Shown one piece after another: positions 15,074 to 29,299 of a stretch of 64,000 bases of DNA. Position 1 is the stretch's first letter. The number at the start of each line of letters is the position of its first letter. This DNA is from Octopus vulgaris (taxonomy: Eukaryota). Made by a program: the position numbers and the translations under genes. Location of the stretch: positions 11,408,001-11,472,000 of the forward strand of contig OX597820.1 in NCBI GenBank assembly GCA_951406725.2, written 5' to 3'. The notes under the pieces are model-generated. The model saw nothing but the letters and a program-made list of their open reading frames with translations, did not search any database and was not told the origin of the DNA.

Positions 15074-15202
15074 GCAAGGAACTTATGTCAACATCAAGAT
15101 GCACAAAAAACTTTTAGATGACTGTTCACACGGAGCCCATAGCTATGGGCTCCGTCATCTAAAAGTTTTTTGTGCATCTTGATGTTGACATAAGTTCCTT
15201 GC

Positions 15203-15285
15203 TTTTCCTGATGAAAAAGCGGCATAATCTACTCCTTATTCCTTCGCAATTAGGAATATGCAGCCTTCGAAACATATATCGAAAA
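15203..15285 (+). ncRNA. Type I hammerhead ribozyme, mutated mirror copy
   Basis: CTGATGA 15208-15214, GAAAC 15269-15273; G>A changes at the stem II base and in stem III. Confidence 0.7.
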
Positions 15286-15465
15286 TAAAGGAATTTTGTT
15301 AATTCGTCGTTCAACTCCATTCTTTCATATATTTATATTTTTAAAAAAACATACAAATTTCCACACGAAAGCACGTAGCTTTAAACGTGTCTTCTCTGAT
15401 GTGAATTTGCTACCCAGGTATCAGTTAACCGAATTATACTTAACAAGATAATTCATTCTACTACT

Positions 15466-15512
<47 letters not shown>

Positions 15513-15525
15513 ATATATATATATA

Positions 15526-16088
15526 TTACAAATTGAGATAGGGGTTGTGAGTGCAACCCACCATGGGATAACATATATCCAATATACTGCCAGTAAAGCA
15601 CCCGATAAAGCTAATACATAAATGTTAAGAATTGCGATGCAATTAATTCATTTATTGTATTATATGGGCGAAGGTAAAATGTTTTACCACAAATTCATAA
15701 TACAGAATAAGAAAATGGAGGAATACACTTTAATCAATAATCAACTACCAGATAATACCCAATCACATAATTTATTAACCAACTACATATGAACATCAAG
15801 ATATTAACTTAACACACCTGGCTAATATGAGAATAATGAGATACTCATATCTACATGGCTGAAACAGTTGTAAGATATAGTTTATATTTATATTTATATT
15901 TATATTTATTTATTTATATGTATTGTAATTATTGTATCATATTACTCATTGATGTGCACTGTTTTGTTTTGTATTATTGTGTTTGATCTTGATGTTCATA
16001 TGTAGTTGGTTAATAAATTATGCGAATGGGTATTATCTGGTAGTTGATTATTGATTAAAGTGTATTCCTCCATTTTCTTATTTTGTAT
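15526..16088. mobile_element. Inverted PLE-type element with truncated HHR
   Basis: Arms about 15700-15802 and 15986-16088; HHR 3' half (stem II, GAAAC-AGTT-GTA at 15861-15872) without CUGANGA; (TA)n flanks. Confidence 0.7.
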
Positions 16089-17314
16089 ATATATATATAT
16101 ATGAGATTATATAAATGACAAGAGAACAAGTAACTATTTAATGAACCCTACGCACAGAGAAGCTCTCTCTTCGAAGCGGGAACGAACACCGTATCTTCTT
16201 GGCTCACCCGAGTGAACATTGTAAACAGTCCTGTGGACTTGGCTGCCGGTTCGCCCATAAGAAATATATATGTGTATATTTTACCTGTGAACCCAAAGAA
16301 TAAACTGCTATTTATTGTTATTGAAGACAGCCTGATTTTTGGTTCCTTTTCTTCGACTTGTATGTGACAAGATAAGACCAGACACCCCTCCAGTGTTCCT
16401 GAACGCTCATCTTGTTACAATTTCTAGTTCCTTCGTCATTTTTATAATCCCTTGTTACGCTCTGTACAAGGTTAACGCTTTTCTCTGAAGCATACCTTCT
16501 CTCTACCTGCTCTCCGTTCAACCCACGTCATCTTCACATTTATTCCTATCACAACTTGGATCTCCTTAACTTTCGCTTAATGCAAACGAGAAATATAAAA
16601 TCTTCCTAGCTGCGACGGCAATTGCGGCTCGTTGACGACCCAGCAAGTATTTTCTATTATTGACTGAAGCACATAAAGTTAGACCCCAATCAATAAACAA
16701 TTAAAATAAATAAATTGATAAATATTACGATCGCAGCAAATTTGAACTCGTAACCCTCAATTTCGTAGTTCCATAAATCGGTAAACTGCCCTTTCGCCAA
16801 CGCTATAACATCTGTTACCGTGTATGTGTGTGTGTTCCACAATTGCAAATTATTGCTGTTTATAGAGAGGTTGAAACATTTCGACAATTAGTTCAAACCT
16901 ATTCGAAGTGTCAGAAGCTATAAGTTCAACTGACCTTGTACTTTGGTGTCAATTTTGTTGTTGCATAATCCCAAACTGTGGTGCGTTTCCTGTTAATTAT
17001 TTGTTTAAGAGTGGATGTTCTATAATTGCTTCTCCATCGCCGATGTTATTCTTTCTCATCGTTCTGCTGTAATATCAATGGGATTTTCGATGTGCGCAGC
17101 TTCACCACGTAGCATGCTCAAAAATAACTGGCTACACTTGTTCGCTTTATATCCGATAAATACATACATGTATGTAAGAATTTCGCTTCCCAATTACATG
17201 GTTCCGGGTTCAGTTCCACTGCGTGGCACCTTGGGCAATTGTCTTCTACTACAGCCTCGGGCCGACCAAATCTTTGTCAGTGCACTTCGTAGATCGAAAC
17301 TGAAAGAAGCCTGT

Positions 17315-17382
<68 letters not shown>

Positions 17383-17388
17383 TATAGG

Positions 17389-17453
<65 letters not shown>

Positions 17454-17476
17454 ATACATATACACATATATATAGG

Positions 17477-17531
<55 letters not shown>

Positions 17532-17639
17532 GAGATTCTGTCTCTTTGTCTATTTGTCCCACAAAGTGAAACTAAAACCAGACACCATCTCTCTTAGATT
17601 TCCGTTCTTCTCTATCTGTCTATTTTCCCTTTCTTTCTT

Positions 17640-17688
<49 letters not shown>

Positions 17689-17689
17689 C

Positions 17690-18400
17690 TTTCTCGGTGA
17701 AGGGAGACTTCCAATTGATGAAGAACGGTTTCTTACACTCAATCCAATATATAATTCAACTGACTGATTTGACGCATGAAACCTCCCCGTCGATGATTTG
17801 GTGGATGAAATCTTTCCTAATCTTCTCCATAATTACAACGATACAGATTCGATCTGTGAGTGAGCTATCCTGGCTCCGAAAAATGTTGCAGTAAATAGCA
17901 TTAATAATATGTTATTGAATAAACTTCCGGGAGAAATATTTATTTCTAATTCAATTGACAGTGTTGTTGATAATGAGAGTAGCATTAACTACCCCATTGA
18001 AATTTTGAACTCACCAGAACTACCAGATACAGCTCCTCATTGTCTTCAGCTGGAAAAAAGGACTATTGCGTAATTTGTCTTAACCAAAATTACGCAATGG
18101 TACAAGATTAACTGTGCACAAACTTATGAGGAACTGCATTGAGGCAAATATTCTCACTGGTTATGGTAGAGGTGACACCGTGTTTATTCCTCGCATACCA
18201 TTTATACCATTTAATATCCCATTCCAAATTAAATGGTTACAGTTTCCTTTCCGAATTTCTTTTGCCAGGAGCATTAATAAATGTCAGGGCCAAACACTAA
18301 AAGTTGCTGGACTGCAACTTCATGAACCATGCTTTTCACATGACCAACTTTATGTAGGGCATCATGTGTGGGAGAAAAAAACAAACCTCCAATAACTCAA
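17690..18400 (+). mobile_element. Helitron PIF1-like helicase remnant
   Basis: AILAPKNVAV..IN; IPRIPF..QFPFRISFA.SINKCQGQTLKVAGLQL.EPCFSHDQLYV (ORF 18114-18395). Confidence 0.9.
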
Positions 18401-18494
18401 TTTCCCATTAATTTCATTATATTCAAGAATAACTAAATCACCTATTTCAGTGAAATGCATTATATAATTGCCATCACTGTATTGATAAATACAA

Positions 18495-18908
18495 GGCGTG
18501 ATGTGGCAGAAACGTTAGCACGCCGGGCGAAATGCTTAGTGGTATTTCATCTGCCGCTATGTGCTGAGTTCAAATTCCGCCGAGGTCGACTGTGCCTTTC
18601 ATCCTTTCGGGGTCGATAAATTAAGTACCAGTTACGCACTGGGGTCGATATAATCGATTTAATCCGTTTGTCTGCCCTTGTTTGTCCACTCTGTGTTTAG
18701 TACCTTGTGGGTAGTAAAGAAATAGGTATTTCGTCTGCCATTACGTTCTGAGTTCAAATTCCGCCGAGGTCGACTTTGCCTTTCATCCTCACGGGGTCAA
18801 TTAAATAAGTATCAGTTAAGCACTGGGGTCGATGTAATTGACTTAATCCCTTTGTCTGTCCATATTTGTCCCCTCTATGATTAGCCACTTGTGGGTAATA
18901 AAGAAATA
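18495..18908 (+). mobile_element. SINE family A dimer with TSD
   Basis: TSD ACTGTATTGATAAATA on both sides. Confidence 0.9.
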
Positions 18909-18959
18909 ATTACTGTATTGATAAATATAATAAAAAGAATAAAACTCACTATTGTCATA

Positions 18960-19179
18960 TAATCCATTTTATTGGAGGTACAAGACCTCAGATTTGTGGA
19001 GAGAGAACTAGTCGACTTCATCGACCCCAGTGTGTAACTGGTACTTATTTAATCGACCCCGAAAAGATGAAAAGCAAAGTCGACCTCGGCGGAATTTGAA
19101 CTCAGAACGTAACGGCAGACAAAACACCGCTAAAAGTATCTCGTCCAGCGTGCTAACGATTCTGCCAGCTCACCGCCTT
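18960..19179 (-). mobile_element. SINE family A monomer with TSD
   Basis: TSD ACTATTGTCATA at 18948 and 19180. Confidence 0.88.
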
Positions 19180-19239
19180 ACTATTGTCATAGAATAAAGA
19201 AACAGAAGTTCATGTATGAAGTTCATCTCTTTTCTACTT

Positions 19240-20313
19240 CTATTATTATATGAGATCGATGCTTTCAAGAGATCCGTCAGCTGAACTATTTGCAGAGCAG
19301 CTTTTGAAACTCGGTGAAGAGAGAGGTTCCAATTGATGAAGAACAGTTTCTTACACTCAATCCAATATAGAATCCAACTGATTCTGTCGATGATTTGATG
19401 TATGAAACCTTTCCTAATATTCTTCACAATTACAACAATACAGATTACATCAGTGACAGAGATATCATGGCTCCAAAAAAAATGTTCCTCTACATACCAT
19501 TAATAATACGCTATCGAATAAACTTCCAGAGGTCTTCACTTATAACTCAACTGACAGTGTCGTTGATGATGATGATCAGGATAGTGTCAGCTACCCCATC
19601 GAATTCTTTAACTCGCTACAACCACCAGGTACCGCTCCCCATTGTCTGCAATTGAAAAAGGGACTCCTAGTATGCTATTACACATTTTGTCTTAACCAAA
19701 ATTATGCAATGGTACAAGATTAATTGTGCACAAACTTCATTGACCCAAACATTCTCACTGTTTCTAGTAAAGGCTTCTGTACCCTGAAATAAAACAAAAA
19801 GCATTGTTTGTAAAGAAATATTCATTCTTAATGCAACATGAATACTTCAATAACTTCATTTACCATTTCTATCGTTACGTTCAAGAATGTGTAAATTACC
19901 TATTTCAATGAAGTGTATTATATAATTGCCATTACTGTATTGATAAGTAAAATAAAACATACATCTCAATTATTATTATCATGTAATAAACAAACAGAGC
20001 TCCATGTATGAAAATGATCTTTTTTCTACTTGAATTATTACATGTTTTTCTCTTATAAAATTATTATATCATTGCCATTACTGTATAGATAAATAAAATA
20101 ACACAGCCATCTCACTTATTATTGTCATATCATAAACAAACACAAGTTCATGTATGATATTGATCTTTATTCTACTTCAGTTATTACATGGTTTTCTCTT
20201 CTAAAAATACACACATACAGGAGGAGTAAATTATACATGTAATAATACTTTCAATGTCGCTCCCGATAAACAGTAAAAGTAATTACCCGATCAACGACGA
20301 GTTTTAATGCTAG
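19240..20313 (+). mobile_element. Second Helitron helicase remnant with intact 3' terminus
   Basis: Paralogous to 17690-18400; ends ACCCGATCAACGACGAGT...GCTAG|T, the Helitron hairpin plus CTAG. Confidence 0.82.
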
Positions 20314-20383
20314 TATTGAATAAAATGAGACTGCAAAGCCAAGGCAGTGTGAAATTTCTAGGACATTTATAAAGAGAGAGGTA

Positions 20384-20422
20384 GTCTTACAGCTGTTTCA
20401 AGGATATCCCAACATCAGAGAC
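20384..20422 (-). ncRNA. Minimal hammerhead-like motif (variant core)
   Basis: GUCU-CUGAUGU...GGAUAUCC..GAAAC-AGCU-GUA|AGAC; A9 is replaced by U. Confidence 0.55.
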
Positions 20423-20711
20423 GATATGAGAGAGTTAAACAGAAGAAAATAGTAGAGTTCAATATAAGTATTTATTTTGGAAATTTTGGAAATTTTGGAT
20501 AATATCGGAAGTATAAAGGAAAATATGAGAATAAAAATAAAAATATATGTTGGATGTTACAGTTGCAGTTTCATTATCCAAGGAATGTGCTGTTGGCTTT
20601 GTTGCCTCATTTTATTCAACATACATACGCTCACACACGGCCCGCATTAGACTCCTCACTCATATTGTTATCGAACCGGGAGTCTAACAACAGTCCTTCC
20701 GTAGAATTTAC

Positions 20712-20763
<52 letters not shown>

Positions 20764-20970
20764 ATAATAAAACTTATAATTTACATCTGGTAGGGATCGA
20801 TGCTAAATATCTCGAAACAATTGTCGTGATAAATAATAATCCTGGTATACTCCATCTTCTGCCTTTCGGTTGCCATATATGCGTGTTTACATATATGCAG
20901 ATAATATACATAGATAGATAGATAAATAAATAAATGGAGTTAAACGCAGGTGTTATTCAAATCTTTTTAC

Positions 20971-21056
20971 TTCCGACATATGTTTCGAAGACAACATTTG
21001 TATTATTCCCAAAAGAATAAAATGGTGTAAAACAATGCAATCTTTTCATCAGGGAA
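20971..21056 (-). ncRNA. Type I hammerhead ribozyme
   Basis: UUCC-CUGAUGA-A-AAGA...UCUU-C-GAAAC-AUAU-GUC|GGAA; flank resembles the 14941 family. Confidence 0.8.
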
Positions 21057-21292
21057 AGAAAAAAACCAAACACATCTATATATATATACACACACACACA
21101 TCTGTATATATACATTCATACATACATACATACATACATGCATGCATACATACATACGTATATATACATACACATATATATACGTATGTATATATATGTA
21201 TATATACATATATATATTTTTTTATTTCATCTAGTTTCAGCTCACGAGCTGTGGCCATGCTGGGATATATATATATATGTATGTATGTATGT

Positions 21293-21326
<34 letters not shown>

Positions 21327-21569
21327 GCATACACGCACACACAGTCAGACGGCCTGCTAACAGAGCCATTAGTGTTTCAACCAAAATGCTTAGCCACTTT
21401 TCGTCAGGTTCCTTACGGTCTGCGTTCAAATCTCACCAAGGTCAACTTTCCTTTCATCTTTTCGTGGAGTTGTAAAATAAGTAGCAGTCGGAAGCTGGAG
21501 TCCATGTCATCAGCTTACACACGCGCGCACTTTGAAAATTGCTGTCTTTCGGCCAAACTTTTGAGCCAT

Positions 21570-21687
21570 ATTCAACAAGAGCACTCAGTAGCTGTGGACA
21601 ACAGCTGGACCGTCGGACAAGAGTAACACGTCTCTTCCACAGAAATTGGAAGTGTAGCGCTCTAGCTTGATCAGCCACGCAGCAAGG

Positions 21688-21689
<2 letters not shown>
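21570..21689 (-). mobile_element. Short Tx1/L1 fragment
   Basis: CLAAWLIKLER.HFQFLWKRRVTLVRRS, homologous to the start of the 5198 copy. Confidence 0.7.
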
Positions 21690-21776
<87 letters not shown>

Positions 21777-22262
21777 GGCTTTTGTCTTGGTATAAAAGAT
21801 GGGCTACAGCAAATATTCTGCTCAATACCACAGATTTGATTGACAGTTGTTTGACCATAACCAGTTGAGCATGTCCCTTAGTGGCTGACGATATGTGCAT
21901 CTCTGATCACGAGCAGAAGTAGTGGAGGAGCATCATAGCCATGTGTTGAGAGGGATTCTTTGGGGTTTGAATAATTCACCTCTGGGAACATGGGTGGTTC
22001 TTTCAACATCCTTAAACAACCCTTATTCAGGGACCTTTTGAGCGGGATGGGATACTCAACCTGAAGAAAATTCTAACTGGGCCCCACCTGCAAGGTCATG
22101 TGCTGTTTATCTTGATATGAGATCACCATGTCGCGCACATATGGTTGTGATGCATGTGCTTGGTGTACCTTTATCAGACGGGTAGTCATGATGGGTATAT
22201 TGGGCTTCGTATATTTTACCCTAGTGTCACTTTGATGGCATGTACTGCTCTCTCACTCAATA
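21777..22262. mobile_element. Unclassified insertion of about 490 bp in (AAT)n
   Basis: Discrete higher-GC block flanked on both sides by (AAT)n; no ORF. Confidence 0.4.
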
Positions 22263-22275
22263 ATAATAATTAGAA

Positions 22276-22682
22276 GGCGGTGAGCTGGCAGAAACGTTAG
22301 CACGCCGGGCGAAATGCTTAGCGTATTTCGTCTGCCGCTACGTTCAAATTCCGCGAGGTCGACTTTGCCTTTCATCCTTTCGGGGTCGATTAAATAGGTA
22401 CCTGTTACGCACTGGGGTCGATGTAATCGACTTAGTCCCTTTGTCTGTCATTGTTTGACCCTCTATGTTTAGCTCCTTGTGGGCAGTAAAGAAATAGGTA
22501 TTTCGTCTGCCGTTACGTTCTGAGTTCAAATTCCGCCGAGGTCGACTTTGCCTTTCATCGTTTCGGGGTCGATTAAGTAAGTACCAGTTACGCACTGGGG
22601 TCGATATAATCGACTTAATCTGTTTGTTTGTCCTTGTTTGTCCCCTCTGTGTGTAGCTCCTTGTGGGTAGTAAAGAAATAGC
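22276..22682 (+). mobile_element. SINE family A dimer, followed by a degenerate minus copy at 22690-22880
   Basis: Family A head and two cores. Confidence 0.9.
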
Positions 22683-23296
22683 TATTAAAGAAGAGATAAC
22701 TCGATTACATCGAGCTTAAATGTTCAAACGGCTCTTAATTTAAGGAGCCCGAATGGTTCAAAGACAAAGTCGACCTTGGTAAAGTTTGAACACGAAAGTG
22801 AAAACATAAAGAGCGGGGGGAATACAGCTAAACATTTTACCCCACGTCGTGGCAACAATTCTGCCAGCGCACTCACTGCCTTCAACTTCTCTATAAATAA
22901 AATACTTCATGATTTTCTGCGCGCCCATTTTGCAATAAAAGCGACACCAGTTAACTTCTTGTTTCTGCAAGTTGGTATTTACATATTTCTTGTTACTTGC
23001 TTGCCTGTTTGTGTTGACGCTTTACACCCAAATCAAAACAAAGATACCACGTGACAGTGTTTCCGTTTAGACTAAAAAACACACTTTCGAAGTTTTAATA
23101 AAATTACAAAATGAAATATGTGAAAATATTTTGTGTGCCATTTCCAGGAGTCTCGTTTAAACTGTGTATTATGAATGTTTTTGCTCTAGAATTATGATGA
23201 CCTAAATCAGTAAACTAGGGCAGTCCGGACATAATGTTTAACGACATTTCTTCCGGCTCTTTTTGCTCTGAATTCAAAATCCCAAAGAGGTCAACA

Positions 23297-23386
<90 letters not shown>

Positions 23387-23401
23387 GTGTGTATGCAAAC
23401 G

Positions 23402-23473
<72 letters not shown>

Positions 23474-23534
23474 GGATGGATTTGTGTGTATACGCGTATA
23501 CGTACGAGAGAGCAAAAGTGAGAGAGAGAAAGAA

Positions 23535-23600
<66 letters not shown>

Positions 23601-24256
23601 GCAGACAGATAGAGAGAAATGCTTCCTTTTCAAATAGCGAAAGGAAGTTTATTTGGAAATAGATACGTTTATCGACTACTTTTGTCTCTCGCGTGTAAAT
23701 TAAAGAGCATATTCTCACGTGATGTCCGGTCAATTCACTGGAGCTCAATTACTTTTTATAAGTCAATTCGCGTTTTGCATTCAAATAAGAATGTGACCAA
23801 ATTATTCAAACAGTGCTGGAGAAAAACTTCCTGTTCCTCTTGATATCAATATGAGGTGAGTAATAGAAAATTTGAATAGAATTCGCAACAACAAAAACTG
23901 AAATTGGATATCTTAAGATAAAACTCCATATTTTTTTAGCATTGCTTTTAGGTTCCATTGGTTTCTGTCCTTCATTTTACTAAACACACCAACCAACACG
24001 AAGAGTAGATTATAGTATTGTTCCTTGTTTCAGCCACTGGTCTGTGGCTTTGCTGGAGCAACACTTTGAAGGATTTAGTCGCGCAAATCAGCCACAGTAC
24101 TAATGTTTAAGTCTCTTTTGTCGAACCGCTAAGTCATAAGAGACGAAAGCAGAGCAATACCGGTAGTCGGGAACAAATACAACCGTAAAATCACATAAAT
24201 ATGTTATATATATGCGTGTGAGTGTGTGTGTGTGTGTGCATTTATACAAATATATA

Positions 24257-24990
24257 TCTTTATATATATAAAACTGAGAATGTGTGTCTGTCTGCCTATC
24301 TGTCTGTGTGTTTCCCTAAAACTTGAGAACTACACAACCAATTTCATTCAAATTTTACACATGTCTTACTTAGGCTCCATGTAGTTTCATGGGCAAAAAA
24401 AAAATGTTCAACTTCTTGCCTAGAACGAGCCCATAGCAATATCATCTTCTCCATTATTTCAGCATTACGTGTTAAAAGTGAAACAAAAATATTTCTCTAT
24501 TTTACGTCAGATGCTTTCACTTTAACAATGAAAATAATAATAACAATTGAATTATATGTAGTAAGTAATAATTAAAATCAAACTAAAGTATAATATAAAC
24601 GTAACGTAAAAAAAGTAAAAATAGCAATTGGTATAAAATTGCATCAATGATTTGAACTTGAATAAGTGGTTTCACATGAATGGGAATAAATTAAAAATAA
24701 AATTAGCGTGCAGAAATGGAATAGTCCAGATGGATAATAAAAAATTAAATTAAAGAAAAGACTATTGTCTATAAAGTATACAATGTAGAGAAAAAAGAAG
24801 AGCTAACAATTCCAGTCTGTTATATATTTTGAGAATTGTTATCACTAGCGATATCAAGATATAACTTTGTATTTTGCATTTTATGTGTAGATGTATATAT
24901 ATAGATGTACATGTAATATGTACACATATATATACACATATATACATGCACTAGCACTATGGCCCGGCAACGACGGGTCTTTAATGCTAG
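24257..24990 (+). mobile_element. Non-autonomous Helitron
   Basis: 5' A|TC..TATATATAAAA; 3' hairpin GGCCCGGCAACGACGGGTC plus CTAG|T; no TSD. Confidence 0.85.
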
Positions 24991-25374
24991 TATATAAAAT
25001 ATGTGTGTGTGTGTGTGTAGGTATGTATGTATGTATGTATATTATATTGCGTTATAGATCCCCGTTGACAGGCCCCTAATATTTAAAAGTAAGGTGCTAA
25101 CACTTAAAGTATGCAAATTAATAACTACCGTTTTCCGTATGTATTGTACTTATTGAATACATAAACAGATAGCCTGATGGCGTCCCTGGGGCTGGGAAAA
25201 TTGATGTTGACGACTCTGATGAGAATGCAAATGGGAAAGTTGATTAAGATCGATTAAGGCTATTCCTCCCTCAATGGAGAAACAGCTGAATAAGCCCTGT
25301 TTATGTTGCTCTCATAAATATATATATATATATATATAACGTTTTTATTGTTTATATCTATTCTTTTGTTCATG

Positions 25375-25423
<49 letters not shown>

Positions 25424-25428
<5 letters not shown>

Positions 25429-25590
25429 GAAATAAGGTACTCAGAAATCTAGATGGTTTTATATTTCAGATTCTGAAGACTCCACCAGAGTGGACGCAAG
25501 CGCTAATATATGATTTATAAAAACATGTGACATATTAATAAATATCTGTAAATATAAAACCAACTAGATTTCTGAGTACGTTCTTTTACT
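25424..25590. mobile_element. Small inverted PLE-type remnant with degenerate HHR
   Basis: Arms GTACTCAGAAATCTAG.TGGTTTTATATTT at 25437 and its reverse complement ending at 25579; inner CTGAAGA-cTCCA..TGGAc-GCAA-GCGC-TA. Confidence 0.6.
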
Positions 25591-26031
25591 GAAAGGAACA
25601 CAGAAAGAAACAAGGAGAGAAAAAAATGTGTGTAGTGGCTACCGATCAATCATAAGCGCACACGTGGCTGTGTGATAAGAAGCTTGCTTCCCAAACACAT
25701 GGTTCTGGGTTCAGTCCCACAACGTGGCACTTTGGGCAAGTGTCTTCTACTATAGCCTCGGGCCGATGAAAGCCTTGTGAGTGGATTTGGTAGACGGAAA
25801 CTGAAAGAAACCCGTCGTATATACATATGTGTTTGTGTGTCTGTGTTTGTCCCCCCCACCATCGCTTGACTACTGATGTTGGCATGTTTACGTCCTAGTA
25901 ACTGAGCGGCTCGGCAAAAGCGATCGATAGAATAAGTACTAAGCTTACAAAGAATAAGTCCTGGGGTCGATTCCTTCGACAAAAGGCGGTGCTTCAACAT
26001 GGCCAAAGTCAAATGACTGAAACAAGTAAAA

Positions 26032-26117
<86 letters not shown>

Positions 26118-26162
26118 GAATTTATCTGTAATATAATATGTGACAATTATTCGCTTCCCATA

Positions 26163-26220
26163 ATAAGACTCCGAGTTTCGGATGTCGGGCGGAAAACTGT
26201 TCCGGCATCTCGTCAGTTAT
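26163..26220 (-). ncRNA. Type I hammerhead ribozyme
   Basis: AUAA-CUGACGA-GAUG...CAUC-C-GAAAC-UCGGA-GUC|UUAU. Confidence 0.72.
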
Positions 26221-26549
26221 CGAGGCAATCAAAAAATGCTATGAAAATGACCGTTAAACAAAAGGAAATTCTAATAGATCTTTTGTCTTAATAACGGTCA
26301 ATTACATAGTAATTTCCCTTTGTTGCTGCCTTTATGTCCCGTAACCTAGCGGTTCGGCATAATACACCGACAGGATGAGTACTAGGCTTACAAAGAATAA
26401 GTCCAGGGGTCGATTTGTTCGACTAAAGGCGGTACTCCAGCATGGTCCCAGTCAAATGACTGAAACAAATAAAAGAATAAAAGAATATATATATGTATAT
26501 ATATACACACACACATATGTATACATATATGTACTTACATATGTATATA

Positions 26550-26587
<38 letters not shown>

Positions 26588-26775
26588 TAATGCATATATA
26601 TATATATGTGTGTGTGTGTATGTATATATGGATATGTATATGTATATATATATATATACATATATACATATATATACATTTATACATATATATGCATATA
26701 TACATATATACATATACATATGTATACATATATGTACTTATATATACATATATAGATACAATACATATACGTATG

Positions 26776-26838
<63 letters not shown>

Positions 26839-27015
26839 TGTGTGTGTGAATTTACAAAAAAACAAACGACGCAGACGGGTGTGTAAACAACAATCAAGTG
26901 TATTAATTTAACGCTCGGAAAGGTGAGAAAGTCTTTCACATTTCGAGCCTAGGCTCTTCAACAGAAGGGAACACAGAAATGAACATGTAGAGAAAATAGT
27001 AAATGGTATAGTGGC

Positions 27016-27059
<44 letters not shown>

Positions 27060-27161
27060 GATAGATATAGATAGAGAGAGTGAGTGAGGGAGAGAGATAT
27101 GGATATTTACTCTTTTACTCTTTTACTTGTTTCAGTCATTTGACTGCGGCCATGCTGGAGC

Positions 27162-27231
<70 letters not shown>

Positions 27232-27390
27232 AATAAATAAATATAAGAGAGTGGTCACTATATTGATCACTCTAGCACCAGTTAATCCAAAAGGTTTCAA
27301 CCACGAAAATACATGTTTCCCATGAAAGCCAATACGACTGTTAGCTCACACGGACAGGGCAAATAAAAAATAACAAAAATACAGATTATT

Positions 27391-27466
27391 TTGGGACAAT
27401 TGTTTCGCTATTAATGAATTAAATGTAATATTACTTACAATAATCCATTTGTAGCTCGTCAGCCAA
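27391..27466 (-). ncRNA. Type I hammerhead ribozyme (array copy 1; same motif at 27924-27999, 28457-28532, 28990-29065)
   Basis: UUGG-CUGACGA-GCUA...UAGC-GAAAC-AAUU-GUC|CCAA. Confidence 0.92.
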
Positions 27467-29223
27467 GACTATCTGGATGAAATCCACTCAATCACACGCC
27501 AGATTTTACCATAACGATAAATACGCGTGTGGTTCAATTGATTACATCCGACGTTATAATTCAAATGCCCCAACCAACAGCGCGCCAAACTCTCACGGAA
27601 AACAAATACAGCATTTAGAAATAAATGCAGCATAATTATAATTAATTAATAAGGGTGAGAGAATTAGATACTAATTTAATAGTATATTTATTCCACACCA
27701 AGTGGCCTAGTGCTACGAGAAACCTGGATTATTATAATATTTTATAACATATTATAATATTTTCACAAAATAAATATAAGAGAGTGGTCACTATATTGAT
27801 CACTCTAGCACCAGTTAATCCAAAAGGTTTCAACCACGAAAATACATGTTTCCCATGAAAGCCAATACGACTGTTAGCTCACACGGACAGGGCAAATAAA
27901 AAATAACAAAAATACAGATTATTTTGGGACAATTGTTTCGCTATTAATGAATTAAATGTAATATTACTTACAATAATCCATTTGTAGCTCGTCAGCCAAG
28001 ACTATCTGGATGAAATCCACTCAATCACACGCCAGATTTTACCATAACGATAAATACGCGTGTGGTTCAATTGATTACATCCGACGTTATAATTCAAATG
28101 CCCCAACCAACAGCGCGCCAAACTCTCACGGAAAACAAATACAGCATTTAGAAATAAATGCAGCATAATTATAATTAATTAATAAGGGTGAGAGAATTAG
28201 ATACTAATTTAATAGTATATTTATTCCACACCAAGTGGCCTAGTGCTACGAGAAACCTGGATTATTATAATATTTTATAACATATTATAATATTTTCACA
28301 AAATAAATATAAGAGAGTGGTCACTATATTGATCACTCTAGCACCAGTTAATCCAAAAGGTTTCAACCACGAAAATACATGTTTCCCATGAAAGCCAATA
28401 CGACTGTTAGCTCACACGGACAGGGCAAATAAAAAATAACAAAAATACAGATTATTTTGGGACAATTGTTTCGCTATTAATGAATTAAATGTAATATTAC
28501 TTACAATAATCCATTTGTAGCTCGTCAGCCAAGACTATCTGGATGAAATCCACTCAATCACACGCCAGATTTTACCATAACGATAAATACGCGTGTGGTT
28601 CAATTGATTACATCCGACGTTATAATTCAAATGCCCCAACCAACAGCGCGCCAAACTCTCACGGAAAACAAATACAGCATTTAGAAATAAATGCAGCATA
28701 ATTATAATTAATTAATAAGGGTGAGAGAATTAGATACTAATTTAATAGTATATTTATTCCACACCAAGTGGCCTAGTGCTACGAGAAACCTGGATTATTA
28801 TAATATTTTATAACATATTATAATATTTTCACAAAATAAATATAAGAGAGTGGTCACTATATTGATCACTCTAGCACCAGTTAATCCAAAAGGTTTCAAC
28901 CACGAAAATACATGTTTCCCATGAAAGCCAATACGACTGTTAGCTCACACGGACAGGGCAAATAAAAAATAACAAAAATACAGATTATTTTGGGACAATT
29001 GTTTCGCTATTAATGAATTAAATGTAATATTACTTACAATAATCCATTTGTAGCTCGTCAGCCAAGACTATATAAATGCTGTATTTGTTTTCCGTGAGAG
29101 TTTGGCGCGCTGTTGGTTGGGGCATTTGAATTATAACGTCGGATGTAATCAATTGAACCACACGCGTATTTATCGTTATGGTAAAATCTGGCGTGTGATT
29201 GAGTGGATTTCATCCAGATAGTC

Positions 29224-29299
29224 TTGGCTGACGAGCTACAAATGGATTATTGTAAGTAATATTACATTTAATTCATTAATAGCGAAACAATTGTCCCAA
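29224..29299 (+). ncRNA. Type I hammerhead ribozyme (same motif at 29757-29832, 30290-30365)
   Basis: CTGACGA 29228-29234; GAAAC 29284-29288; GTC 29293-29295; stem I extended by CAGAT/ATCTG. Confidence 0.92.

Larger units (their letters stand above)
14941..15470. mobile_element. Spacerless palindromic PLE-type element with an HHR in each arm and a 3' extension
   Basis: Arms 14941-15142 and 15143-15337; centre ACGGAGCCCATAG|CTATGGGCTCCGT; (TA)n on both sides. Confidence 0.88.

Noticed and set aside
16318-16700. Possible Helitron 5' coding remnant on the minus strand
   Set aside because: Only compositional resemblance (Arg/Glu-rich); no diagnostic motif or terminus identified.
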